From: Podarcis cretensis
Lineage: Eukaryota
Length of the DNA stretch: 64,000 nucleotides
Direction: 5' to 3'
NCBI GenBank assembly: GCA_951804945.1
Contig: OX638149.1
Location: 80,290,001 to 80,354,000 of the forward strand
A program made the position numbers and the translations under genes. Below, piece by piece: positions 49,618-61,484 of this stretch (position 1 is its first letter; the number at the start of each line of letters is the position of its first letter). The notes beneath the pieces were generated by a model. That model did no database searches and was not told the origin of the DNA. It saw only the letters and a program-made list of their open reading frames with translations.

Positions 49618-51863
49618 TATTAAGTTGTGGGTTGACATAGCAGACGACACAGCGATTTCTCCAAGTGCTCTTTATTTTGTAAGCTGGAATAGAACTGACT
49701 GCAAACAGCTCAGCCGGCCTGCTTTTATAGGCTGTCAACATTGTAGCAACAACAGCCCAGCGTTTCCCGCCTAAAATAACTGACGTGGACCTGAGTGAAA
49801 ACTATCTACAGACCTGAGTGAAAACTATATACAGTATCCCCCTGCTGGCCCAGGGTGAAACTTCACTACATAACACCCCTCCCCACCGAGATAAGGTGTT
49901 AGTTACAATCGTAATGGTTTCCTTATATACAGCACTACGCGTAATGGTTCAATTAGGCACAAAAGCATATCGGTTACATTTCCCATACTGAGACCAACAG
50001 TGATACATGTCCAACAACATAGTCCTTTAAATAAGTTGGGCGCTTGGAAACTCTGCCAGACCGCCGGAGACTGGTAGCCAAGTCCGGAGGGCCACACAGT
50101 TCTTGCTGAGGCTGTGGTGCGACCCTAGGTGGCGTTGGAACCAACTCCCCTGGATCCGCTGCTGTGGGTGGAGCCTCCGCAAGTGGAGTGGTCTGAGTCT
50201 GTGGTAAGTCTGGCAGACCCTCTGAAGCGGCTTGGTTCGGCTCCACGCTGGCAGTTTGCGAGGGAGGTGTAGGTGGGGCCTCGCCATCTGTACGTGTCTC
50301 TTCTTGAGCCGCAAGTGCAGTTGGGGGCACCACGGTATTGTCCAAGTCCCCAACCCTGCGCCTAAGCTGGTCTATGTGCCATCGCCACAAGCGTCCGTCT
50401 TCGAGTGCCACCTGGTACGAGCGAGGTCCAGTGACTCCCACTACTGTGGCTGGCACCCAAGGAATGTCCCCCACATAGTTCCGGGCAAAGACCTGGTTTC
50501 CTGGGACAAATGACCGTGGCACGTTGGCACAGCCTGGGGGTTCAGCCACGGCAAAGTCCGGGTGTAGCTGGTCGAGCGGTGACCTGAGGCGGCGGCCCAT
50601 AAGCAGTTCAGCAGGACTCCGCCCTGTGGCCGCATGAGGGGTGATGTGTTGCACGAAGAAGTATTCGGCGACCCGCTCATGCCAGTCTCCCCGGTCCAGG
50701 CGCGCCAGTGCCTCTTTTGCCGAGCGCACCATTCTTTCCGCTTGCCCGTTGCTGGATGGATGAAAGGGTGCCGTTAGGGCATGGCGGATGCCCAGTCCCA
50801 AAAGATACCGCTCAAACGTGCCTGACGTGAACTGCGGTCCGTTGTCAGAGACAAGGACATCAGGACACCCATGTGTTGCAAACAGGCCTCGCAGCACCCG
50901 GATGACGGCTTCGGTAGTGGTGGAGGGCATCAGGGCGACCTCCAGCCATTTGGAATAGGCGTCCACCACTACCATAAAGGTCCGGCCGTGAAAGGGGCCA
51001 GCCAGATCGATGTGCACCCTCGACCAGGGTGTCTTTGGCGTCTCCCAGGTGTGTCCCTTAGCTGCCGGTGGTGCAGGCCTCGACTCTTGGCACACTTGAC
51101 AGGCGGACACCCAGGCAGTGATGGCATCGTCCATATTAGGCCACCAGACGTAACACCGAGCCAACGCCTTCATTTTGACAATTCCCGGGTGGCCAACGTG
51201 CAGAGCCTCCAGGACGCGCTGACGGAGTCCCTGGGGAATCACGACGCGGTCTCCCCACAGCAGACAGCCGCGATGAGCTGAGAGTTCATGTTGTCTGGTT
51301 GCGAAGGGCTGGAACTCCGATGCAAAAGGCCCTTGTGGCCACCCCCTCCACACCCAGTTGAGCACCCGGCTGATGGTGCGATCCTGGGCAGACGCGGAGG
51401 CCACAGTGGCAGCCGATACAGGCGCTGCCGGAAGATCCTCAATCAGAAGGAGCGATGAAGCTGGAGCCGGGTCTTCCACAAATGCTGGAAGAGGGCAACG
51501 GCTGAGGGCGTCGGCATGGCCCATCGATTTCCCCGGGCGATGGATGAGCCGGTAGTGGTAGGCAGCCAGGAAAACAGTCCATCGCAGCATGCGTGGTGAG
51601 AGGACCGGTGGAGACGACACAGCGACGACACAGCAATTTCTCCAAGTGCTCTTTATTTTGTAAGCTGGAATAGAACTGACTGCAAACAGCTCAGCCGGCC
51701 TGCTTTTATAGGCAGCCGGCTGTCAACATTGTAGCAACAACAGCCCAGCGTTTCCCGCCTAAAATAACTGACGTGGACCTGAGTGAAAACTATCTACAGA
51801 CCTGAGTGAAAACTATATACAGTATCCCCCTGCTGGCCCAGGGTGAAACTTCACTACATAACA
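49618..51863 (-). mobile_element. Internally deleted Ty3/Gypsy LTR retrotransposon
   Basis: Near-identical LTRs (3' LTR 49618-49875; 5' LTR remnant ~51612-51863), PPT TGGGGAGGGG at 49876-49885, 5-bp TSD AGGTC (49613-49617 and 51864-51868). Confidence 0.95.
49974..51590 (-). CDS. Gypsy integrase ORF (RNase H tail, H2C2 zinc finger, DDE core, C-terminal domain), 538 aa from first ATG
   Basis: LHVGHPG...WWPNM...CQVC, HIDLAGP, VSDNGPQF, NGQAERMV motifs; no stops or frameshifts. Confidence 0.9.
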   Translation of the reverse strand: MLRWTVFLAAYHYRLIHRPGKSMGHADALSRCPLPAFVEDPAPASSLLLIEDLPAAPVSAATVASASAQDRTISRVLNWVWRGWPQGPFASEFQPFATRQHELSAHRGCLLWGDRVVIPQGLRQRVLEALHVGHPGIVKMKALARCYVWWPNMDDAITAWVSACQVCQESRPAPPAAKGHTWETPKTPWSRVHIDLAGPFHGRTFMVVVDAYSKWLEVALMPSTTTEAVIRVLRGLFATHGCPDVLVSDNGPQFTSGTFERYLLGLGIRHALTAPFHPSSNGQAERMVRSAKEALARLDRGDWHERVAEYFFVQHITPHAATGRSPAELLMGRRLRSPLDQLHPDFAVAEPPGCANVPRSFVPGNQVFARNYVGDIPWVPATVVGVTGPRSYQVALEDGRLWRWHIDQLRRRVGDLDNTVVPPTALAAQEETRTDGEAPPTPPSQTASVEPNQAASEGLPDLPQTQTTPLAEAPPTAADPGELVPTPPRVAPQPQQELCGPPDLATSLRRSGRVSKRPTYLKDYVVGHVSLLVSVWEM

Positions 51864-53059
51864 AGGTCTTTCAGCAGTGAGGTGGACCTGCAGCTGGACA
51901 CCTCCATTTCTGTGACTGGGCTTTTCATTCTGAAGCATGATTTTGGGTCACTCCGCTTTGGGCAGATTTCGTACTGGTGGGCTGATTTTCACAGACGTTC
52001 AGTGGCAGCAGCTTCATACTTGGTCAGGTGAATCTAGTGGAGCACAAATCTCCCAGGCAAACTAGTTTGATATTTGCCATGGTTCAGCTTGCAAAATAAG
52101 GAATGGCAGATTCATGATCCTGCTTGAGTGCCCTTTCTCCAAACTGGAGATGTGAAGGTTCTGGTTATGGTAAGAGAAAGACACACAACTAGAGTCCCCC
52201 CTCTCCATTCACTGTTGCTCACGTCTAAATACTCAGGAGTGTGTACATTTTATATTTATAGAGGCATTTCTTTCAACTGTCTGTTTTCTGGGCGATCAGA
52301 TCTCTCTACTACTCGGCTAATCCTAATCCAAAAGTACAGCTATGGCAAAGAGGTCCTGCCCATGTGTCTCTAAGCAGAAAAAAGTGACAGATTGGGCTGC
52401 CTAAGAGTCAGCCCTAGTAGGAAAGCTCTTGCTCCATCTGTTGCTAGGAGCCCTGTCCAGAACAACTACTATAGCAGATAGGGAAGGAGTTAGAACTGCT
52501 TCAGAAACAACCTTATGTGGTAGGATTAGCATATCAGAATCATACACTGAGCTGTTTCCCTGAAGGCCAGATAAGAAACAGGGAGTATTTCCTAATCTGA
52601 GGAGCTGTTCATTTGTTTAGTTTAGTATTTTTTGGTGACCTTGCTAGTGAGAGTGAACAAGCAAGCAACAGCGAGTCTCTTTCTATAATAAATATCTGTT
52701 TTTCACTTAATCATTTTACTTTTGCAATGGTGGATGGCTTGTGTATGTGTTGCAACAAACTCTGTAATAAGCATTTCCCTACATTCATTCATTAAAAGCT
52801 GCAGCAGCTGCTGGATGAGGCAGGGCAGGTGACACAAGATCTAACAGGGGATATAGCTTGAATGCACAGTCATTTTTGTCTATTGGCTGGAATACTTTTT
52901 TCTTTTAATTTAGGGGGGAAATGTTTAGGATAATGAATCGTTAAACTGATATTTGGAAGGAGAAAAACTATACAACTGGAAGCAAGTTTTCATTACTTTT
53001 AAATATGTTTTGTGTTTAGTTTTTTTGCTATAGATGTGTAGGTGTAAACCAGTGTAAAC

Positions 53060-53436
53060 CAGTGGTTTTCAATCAGTGACACCCTGTGGTGCCTTGAATG
53101 ATGGTCAGGGGTGCTGCAGCGATCACTAGCCTCTGTCCCTCTTTCCTTCCCTCCCTCTGGAGCTGGCCAGGGGGTGCTTCCCAGGCCTCTGTGGGGCAGT
53201 GTGAGGAGGCACCTCTATTTGGCGTGGGGGTGAGGAGCTCAGAGACCAGGGACAGCAGCAGCAACTGCCTGGACTCCCAAGGAGAGGGGAGAGGGAGGGT
53301 GTTTGAAAAAGGGGAGAGGCTGCCAGCTCTGCAGGCAAGGGGGGACACAACTGGGCTCCTGAGTCCCATAGGGGTGCCGCAGAAAGAAGGTAGTTGGTCA
53401 AGGGAGCTGAGGATCCAAAAAGGTTGAAAACCTCTG
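53060..53436. mobile_element. hAT (Charlie-like) non-autonomous element
   Basis: TIR CAGTGGTTTTCAA / TTGAAAACCTCTG; TSD gtgtaaac / gtgtaaat. Confidence 0.85.
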
Positions 53437-54614
53437 GTGTAAATAATACATGAATTCAAAAACGTATGTCATGTGGTATGGCTTAATTTCAAATTAAGAG
53501 GTATGGAGTCACTCTTGTCTGACAATCATATTTGGGCTCTTTATATGAAAGCTCTTTCCCTGCCCATTAATGTGCAGGGAATAATTGACTTTTTAGGGAG
53601 AGAGGAGACAATGGCACCCTATACATGTTTAATGACACACTTTCCTAAGTCAGTGCCATACAAGTCCTGTTATGATGGTAAAAAAGGTTTAAAAAATTGC
53701 AGCCGTACCAAGTCAAAATGTTAGCAAGCTTCACTGAGTCCTTAGCTGCAGGGCTTTGTGGAGAGAGCCTCGCAGAAACCCTCTAGCAAGTCTAGTTGCT
53801 AACAGGGCACCAAACAAGAATCAGAGTAGCATTTTATTCCGATGGTGGAAACAGATTGCTTTCAATCTTAAAAAGTCTATGGAGGCAAATGTAAATTATG
53901 CCTCCTGAAGCCATTTGCAGCATTATGTACTGCATGATTCCATGCAGCTTTCGTGTGGGTATTTAACTCTTGTCGCTACATATTAGTCCCATCCAAGCAC
54001 TTGTGAGACGGAGAGGTTGCTCAAACTCAAAATAAAGGAAAAAGAGAATAGGTGGCAATAAATCCAGCAGAGCTCATCAGAGCTTAGCTTTGGAAACTGT
54101 TCTCCCATACAAATGCTTAGCCCTGTAACAGGTAAAGTAATGAGAATGTGCCTTGGAGCATGAGTTGCCTTTCCCTTGTCATTGAGAATCACAGTCACCA
54201 GCACCACCTGCTCAGGAATTATGGGTAACGGCTTTCAGAACAGCAAAGGCCTTGATTTCCAGACAGGCCTGAGGCCTGGCACCTCTCATTTGGAAAATTA
54301 AACTCTGAAACTAACCCAGAAACATCTGGTTCTCCTCTTAGACCTCCTCAGACCTAGCTGTAATTTTTGGAGAAAGTACATGTTGCAAGATCTGCTCATG
54401 GAGCATAATCAAGTGCCCAAGACAGGCTCGCATGGTCCACCATTTTATACAGCCAACATGAATTGGCAGCCACGTACTTTCCTTCCCTACAAGTCCACTG
54501 CAGCAGCATTCACACTGAATAGCCCGTGTGTGTGTGTGTGTGTGTGTGTGAGCCTAGTGTCTTTGGTGCCAGGTCTCAGATCTCCTGCGCTTTCCCTCAC
54601 TTTTTAAAGACCTA

Positions 54615-54797
54615 GGCCACATTCACCTCATACATTTAAAGCAATCACTGGAACTTTGGGAACTTTAGGAAGGGAATAGTGGTCTCCTAACAACTCTCAG
54701 CACTCTTAACAAACGACAGCTCCCATAATTCTTTGGGGAAACCACGACTGGCTAAAGTGGTACCATAGTGCATTAGATGTATGCTGTGAGTGTAGCC
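54615..54797. mobile_element. PIF/Harbinger-like MITE
   Basis: About 29-bp imperfect TIR starting GGCCACATTCAC / GTGAGTGTAGCC; 3-bp flanks cta / tta. Confidence 0.7.
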
Positions 54798-55254
54798 TTA
54801 CTGTTGTTTTTATTTACTTTGCTTATAGAGAAGCTGGGCAGCTACCTGCCATCTTAATATGTCCAGAAACATCTGTTCAGATAAGTGAGCATATGCAAAT
54901 TTTATGCAAATCTGTGCCATGATTCTTGTGCTTCAAATCCTGTAAGTGCTTAGCAATGCCCTTGGCTGGAACTGAGGCTGACCAATCTCCCCACTGTTGT
55001 GTGGGTGAAAATTATTCCAAACTTTGATTAATGGGGAGCAGAGATGGCGTGGGGTGATGATGAACATGTGAGGGGAGCTGTGTTGGGGGGGGGGGAGCAG
55101 CTGCTGCACACATCTGCAGTGCTAATCCACTGCCCCCTCCCATTGTGACCCTCCTTGTGTATTTCAGTGTGTGTATCTGAATATTCCTTATCTTAGTCCT
55201 CTAGAAGAGAAAGTGTTGGGTAGAGCGTCCTTTCCATTAATGTACAGATAGAAA

Positions 55255-55760
55255 CACAGGAATATGCCTTATACTGAGCCAGACCACCAGTCCACCGAGT
55301 CAGTATTGTCTACAACAGGCACCCCCAAACTCGGCCCTCCAGCTGTTTTGGGACTACAATTCCCATCATCCCTGACCACTGGTCCTGTTAGCTAGGGATG
55401 ATGGGAGTTGTAGTCCCAAAACAGCTGGAGGGCCACGTTTGGGGATGCTTGGTCGACTCTACAGTGACTAACAGTGGCTCTCTGGGGTTTGAGGTAGAAG
55501 TCTTTCCCAGCTCCATCTGGAGATACCAAGGATTGGGACCTTCTGCATGCAAAGTACCCGTATTTTTCACTCTATAACACGCACCCGACCATAACACGCA
55601 TGTAGTTTTTAGAGGAGGAAAATCCGTAGCCATGCCACCCGTAGGCATTCCCTCCATAACATGCACAGACATTTCCCCTTACTTTCTAGGAGGAAAAAAG
55701 TGAGTGTTATGGTGCAAAAAATACAGTAGATGCTCTGCCACTGAGCTATGACCTTTCCCC
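55255..55760 (-). mobile_element. tRNA-derived SINE interrupted by a hAT MITE (55316-55451) and a Tc1/Mariner MITE (55557-55726)
   Basis: Minus-strand head catagctcagtggcagagcatc...ctttgcatgcagaaggtccc; palindromic MITE; TA-flanked element with CCGTATTTTT / AAAAATACAG ends. Confidence 0.8.
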
Positions 55761-56014
55761 CATACAGATGCTATAGACATTAGCTAATCAAGCTGAATTA
55801 TTTTGGGAGCAGAATCAGGATTTTAAAAGGACTCTTCTGTACACACTAGAACAGGCTGAGGATGTTTTCAAAAGCATTAGGTACCACTTAGAGCACATTC
55901 ATGTTTTACTTTGATGAGCCACAGTAGCTGGAAAACAGGAAGTACTTCATTAAAGAGGAATTTTCATGTTGCAGGGGTTTAAAGCTACCGTTCTTTAAAT
56001 CCTTGCAAATGTAA

Positions 56015-56275
56015 TGTTATGACTTGGGGGTGGGGGGGTGGGGGTGGGGGAGTAGGCTGTATGCCAAGACCCTTCTAATTCTTGGCTCCAGCAAGGGTTA
56101 ACATCTAAGGAAGGATTCAAATTGTCAGAACAGCCAGACATGCTTCTTGATAATGGCCCTCTAAATATGGGTTGTTAAAGGAACAAGGGAAGTGTCTTTG
56201 TGCCATATGGCAAATGGGTGGGCCCCACTCCCTCAACTCACAGTAGTTAGTTAGAAAAGACAACAGTCAGAGCTG

Positions 56276-56317
<42 letters not shown>

Positions 56318-56437
56318 GCTAGAAGCTGGAAGAAGAAGCAGGCTGAAGCCTGTGAGTTATAGCCATGCCTGATTTCTGCTTGAATCCAAGTCTGTGGCTA
56401 CGGGAGAAGCAATACCTCCAGGTGGTGTATAAATTGA

Positions 56438-56481
<44 letters not shown>

Positions 56482-56660
56482 CCACGGGGTGTTAATGCTG
56501 TGACCCCCCTCTATTGTAGGCTCAGGTTGTATATATGTGTAAATAAACTGTATATCATAAAGACACTACAGTCTCCACTATCCTTCATTTCAAAGGAGGC
56601 ATGAACCCTGGTAAGCACCTGGAACCTCACACTGCTCAGAGATTGGGGTGGTGTGCAGCA
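56015..56660 (+). mobile_element. Solo LTR containing G-rich, (TG)n and (AAT)n tracts
   Basis: TGTTATGA...GCAGCA termini with 4-bp TSD GTAA on both sides. Confidence 0.82.
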
Positions 56661-57562
56661 GTAAAAAAGGGCTAGTGCACAGAACCCTCTTTTTGCCTGT
56701 TCTAAACGCTTTCTGGTCAGAATGAGGACCACTTCCAAAATATGTGGTTTGTGAGTGGATGATCAGTGCACTTTGAAGAAGGAATGTCAATCATCAACAA
56801 AGCTACTGTTGGAGGAAACTCTATTCAGTTGGAATCCCATAATACTTAGCTCAGAGCAAGCTTCATGGAAAACAATGAAACTTCTGAGTAGACATGTACC
56901 ATATTGCACTGCTTGAAATGCCTTCTCAGCTATCAGTATGTAAAAAAGCAAGCAGGTGTGAAATCTTACAGGACAAGCAGAACCTGCTTTTCTAGCCATG
57001 TTTTCCCAAGTCATACCTAATTGCATTTTTGCATTACAGCAAATGTTCATTCATACAAGTTTTTTTTTTTTTAAATGTGGTAGTGCTAAGGGTTGGCCCA
57101 AGAATAAGCTTGCCCCACAGAAGTCTTGATCATGCTTTTTTAAAACCTTGCTAGAACTTTGAAGAATGATTCTGTGACTCCTAGAGTGCTGTCTTTTCTT
57201 TGAACTTTGGATTACAAGAGGACCTTATTCCTGTTTCTGAAGAAACAGCTACTCAGAATGAGGAGCAAGACTCAGACAGTTTTGAGACATATTGTTCCAG
57301 CACGCTGGTTGGCAAGAGGGAAAAAAAAAGATTGCCTCATATTTCTTAAAAGGAATTGTAGCTGCCACAGTGGTTCAGCGGGTTTTTTTTATACTGACTT
57401 GATTAAATCTGAAGATGCCATTTGATCTAGGAGAGAGGTTATTTCAAATGAGTCCACCAAATGGGCCTGTGGAACTCATTGCTATGGTTACAACCATGAC
57501 TGAGTGTGTATCCTTTTCTTATTATGCCTTGTTTGTTTATAAGTCTCATAACTGCAGTTGTC

Positions 57563-60295
57563 TAAAATGGACAGGAATGGGTGAATTCAATTCGGATGAC
57601 CATCATATCTACTACTGTGGGCAAGAAACCCGTAAAAGAAATGGAGTGGCCCTCATAGTCAACAAAAGAGTGGCAAAAGCTGTACTGGGTTGCAATCTCA
57701 AAAATGATAGAATGATCTCGATACGAATCCAAGGCAGACCTTTTAACATCACAGTAATCCAAGTTTATGCACCAACTACTGGTGCTGAAGAAACTGAAAT
57801 TGACCAATTCTATGAAGACTTACAACACCTTATAGAAGTGACACCAAAGAAGGATGTTCTTCTCATTATAGGGAATTGGAATGCTAAAGTAGGGAGTCAA
57901 GAGATAAAAGGAACAACTGGCAAGTTTGGCCTTGGAGATCAAAACGAAGCAGGGCAAAGGCTAATAGAGTTCTGTCAAGAGAACAAGCTGGTCATCACAA
58001 ACACGCTTTTCCAACAACACAAGAGACGACTCTACACATGGACATCACCAGATGGGCAGCATCGAAATCAGATTGATTATATTCTCTACAGCCAAAGATG
58101 GAGAAGCTCTATACAGTCAGCAAAAACAAGACCTGGAGCTGACTGTGGCTCAGATCATCAGCTTCTTATAGCAAAATTCAAGCTTAAACTGAAGAAAGTA
58201 GGAAAAACCACTGGGCCGGTAAGATACAATCTAAATCAAATCCCTTATGAATACACAGTGGAAGTGAGGAACAGGTTTAAGGATTTAGATTTGGTGGACA
58301 GAGTGCCTGAAGAACTATGGATGGAGGCTCGTAACATTATACAGGAGGCAGCAACGAAAACCATCCCAATGAAAAGGAAATGCAAGAAAGCAAAGTGGCT
58401 GTCCAATGAGGCCTTACAAATAGCGGGGGAGAGAAGGCAAGCAAAATGCAAGGGAGATAGTGAAAGATACAGGAAATTGAATGCAGATTTCCAAAGAATA
58501 GCAAGGAGAGACAAGAAGACCTTCTTAAACAAGCAAATCAAAGAAATAGAGGAAAGCAATAGAATGGGAAGAACCAGAGATCTGTTCAAGAAAATTGGAA
58601 ATATGAAAGGAACATTTCGTACAAAGATTTCCATAATAAAGGACAAAAGTGGAAAGGACCTAACAGAAGCAGAAGACATCAAGAAGAGGTGGCAAGAATA
58701 CACAGAGGAATTATACCAGAAAGAAATGGGTGTCTCATATACCCCAGGTAGTGTGGTTGCTGACCTTGAGCCAGACATCCTGGAGAGTGAAGTCAAATGG
58801 GCCTTAGAAAGCACTGCAAATAACAAGGCCAGTGGAAGTGATGGTATTCCAGCTGAACTATTTAAAATTTTAAAAGACGATGCTGTTAAGGTGCTACACT
58901 CAATATGCCAGCAAGTTTGGAAAACTCAGCAGTGGCCAGAAGATTGGAGAAGATCAGTCTACATCCCAATCCCAAAGAAAGGCAGTGCCAAAGAATGCTC
59001 CAACTACCACACAATTGCACTCATTTCACACGCTAGCAAGGTTATGCTTAAAATTCTACAAGGAAGGCTCAAGCAGTATGTGGACCGAGAACTCCCAGAA
59101 GTGCAAGCTGGATTTAGAAGAGGCAGAGGAACCAGAGACCAAATTGCAAATATGCGCTGGATTATGGAGAAAGCTAGAGAGTTCCAGAAAGACATTTACT
59201 TCTGCTTCATTGACTATGCAAAAGCCTTTGACTGTGTCGACCATGGCAAACTATGGCAAGTTCTTAAAGAAATGGGAGTGCCTGATCACCTCATCTGTCT
59301 CCTGAGAAATCTCTATGTGGGACAAGAAGCTACAGTTAGAACTGGATATGGAACAACTGATTGGTTCAAAATTGGGAAAGGAGTACGACAAGGCTGCATT
59401 TTGTCTCCCTGCTTATTTAACTTATATGCAGAATTCATCATGCGAAAGGCTGGGCTGGATGAATCCCTAGCCGGAATTAAGATTGCCGGAAGAAATATCA
59501 ACAACCTCAGATATGCAGATGACACAACCTTGATGGCAGAAAGTGAGGAGGAATTAAAGAACCTTTTATTGAGGGTGAAAGAGGAGAGTGCAAAATATGG
59601 TCTGAAGCTCAACATCAAAAAAACAAAGATCATGGCCACTGGTCCCATCACCTCCTGGCAAATAGAAGGGGAAGAAATGGAGGCAGTGGGAGATTTTACT
59701 TTCTTGGGCTCCATGATCACTGCAGATGGTGACAGCAGCCACGAAATTAAAAGACGCCTGCTTCTTGGGAGAAGGGCAATGACAGGCCTAGACAGCATCT
59801 TGAGAAGTAGAGACATCACCTTGCCAACAAAGGTTCGTATAGTTAAAGCCATGGTTTTTCCAGTAGTGATGTATGGAAGTGAGAGCTGGACCATAAAGAA
59901 GGCTGATCGCCGAAGAATTGATGCTTTTGAATTATGGTGCTGGAGGAGACTCTTGAGAGTCCCATGGACTGCAAGAAGATCAAACCTCTCCATTCTGAAG
60001 GAAATCAGCCCTGAGTGCTCACTGGAAGGACAGATTGTGAAGCTGAGGCTCCAGTACTTTGGCCACCTCATGAGAAGAGAAGACTCCCTGGAGAAGACCC
60101 TGATGTTGGGAAAGATGGAGGGCACAAGGAGAAGGGGGCGACAGAGGACGAGATGGTTGGATAGTGTTTTCGAGGTTACCAGCATGAGTCTGACCAAACT
60201 GCGGGAGGCAGTGGAGGACAGGAGTGCCTGGCGTTCTCTGGTCCATGGGGTCACGAAGAGTCGGACACGACTAAACGACTAAACAACAACAACAA
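57563..60295 (+). mobile_element. BovB (RTE clade) LINE, 5'-truncated, open APE-RT frame to stop at 60282
   Basis: LKWTGMGEFNSDDH.IYYCGQE, QVYAPT, NQIDYIL, GSDH, GVRQGCILSP, LRYADD motifs; (CAA)n tail; TSD TGCAGTTGTC (57553-57562 and 60299-60308). Confidence 0.97.
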
Positions 60296-60516
60296 AATTG
60301 CAGTTGTCATGTTTCCAGCAAAACTATCCTGTTTGCTTGTTGTGGGACACCAAATTCAGATGGTGGTTTGAAAGGAGGCCATGTGACAGAAAGAATGAGT
60401 AGAGGAATGGTTGACAGTACCAAAGTGAAAAGAGTGCAGCAGCTATGAGACACAGAGAGAAAGAGGGAATGAGATGAGAGTTGTGAATGTAAGCGCACAT
60501 AAAAGAATCAGCGTAT

Positions 60517-60645
60517 TATAGAACTGTAGAGCTGGAAGGGACTGTGAAGTTCATCTAGTCCAACCCCTTGCAATGCAGAAATCTCAACTAGATCATACAG
60601 GACGGATGGCCATCCAACCTCTGCTTAGAAACCTCCAAGAAAGGC
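60517..60645 (-). mobile_element. CR1-like LINE 3' fragment
   Basis: tagagctggaagggac...catctagtccaacccc is the reverse complement of a typical CR1 3' end. Confidence 0.65.
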
Positions 60646-61429
60646 CTCCATATAACGCGGGGGAAAGCCTTAGGGGTCACAATCACAGATCATAGATGGC
60701 AATCAATTTGGCACAAGCCCTACATTCATTCTGTCTCTCATCTCATTCCCTCTTTCTCTCTCTGCCTCTCATAGCTATGTTATGATCTGGGTGGATTCTG
60801 AGGTAAATGTCTCACTTCACTTGCCTTGTGTATGTGCAGTGCTTTTTTTCTGGGGGACGCATACCCATAAGCATTTTGTGAATCTTTGTACTTTTGTCCA
60901 TTTACTGTATCCCCACCCCCAATTTGCACTATAAAATGGTGGCTTTCTTGAGTCAAAATGAGAGTAGCCCTAGACATTTTTTAAAGAAAAAAAGCACTGT
61001 GTATGCGTACTTGATTAACAACATAAAGGGAATTGTACTACTCTCTATAAGTTAGTAGGCAGTGGCAGCATGTATTTTAAGGGAACTCTGGACACAGCAG
61101 AGTAGCTGATGGGCTAATCAAGTGACTGTCTGGAAACAGGCCTTTGTGGGAGACCCAGGGAGCATCCCATGTGCCAGCAAAATGAAAATGTCTTTGTAAG
61201 CTCATTTGAATATTTAGGCCAAGCCAGAGCTCTTAGTTGAAAGCAGCTCATGCTTGCACAGCCAGCATCTGAGACCTAGATCTCACATGGCTGTAACCAG
61301 TGCACAGGCTGGTAAGGAAATCACATTTTCCTAGCAATAAAATATTTTGGTTTGAATGATGAGAAAAAACTGAATATCCCCACAAAAGAAGTACTACCTG
61401 GAAAAAATATGTCCATGTTAGAGCTGAGT

Positions 61430-61433
<4 letters not shown>

Positions 61434-61480
<47 letters not shown>
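61434..61480. repeat. (CT)n microsatellite
   Basis: Direct reading. Confidence 0.97.

Positions 61481-61484
<4 letters not shown>

Noticed and set aside
49788-49832. 23-bp repeats in the Gypsy LTRs and GTCCCTTA repeats at 37.7-38.3 kb as CRISPR-like arrays
   Set aside because: No unique spacers at regular period; these are an LTR tandem repeat and hAT subterminal repeats in a eukaryote.
48333-56660. One 8.3-kb provirus bounded by the two related LTRs
   Set aside because: The right LTR has its own GTAA TSD on both sides, the two are clearly diverged, and there is no matching internal coding region.
58245-60254. Long antisense ORFs (193 and 313 aa) within BovB
   Set aside because: Shadow frames opposite a coding strand; no independent evidence.
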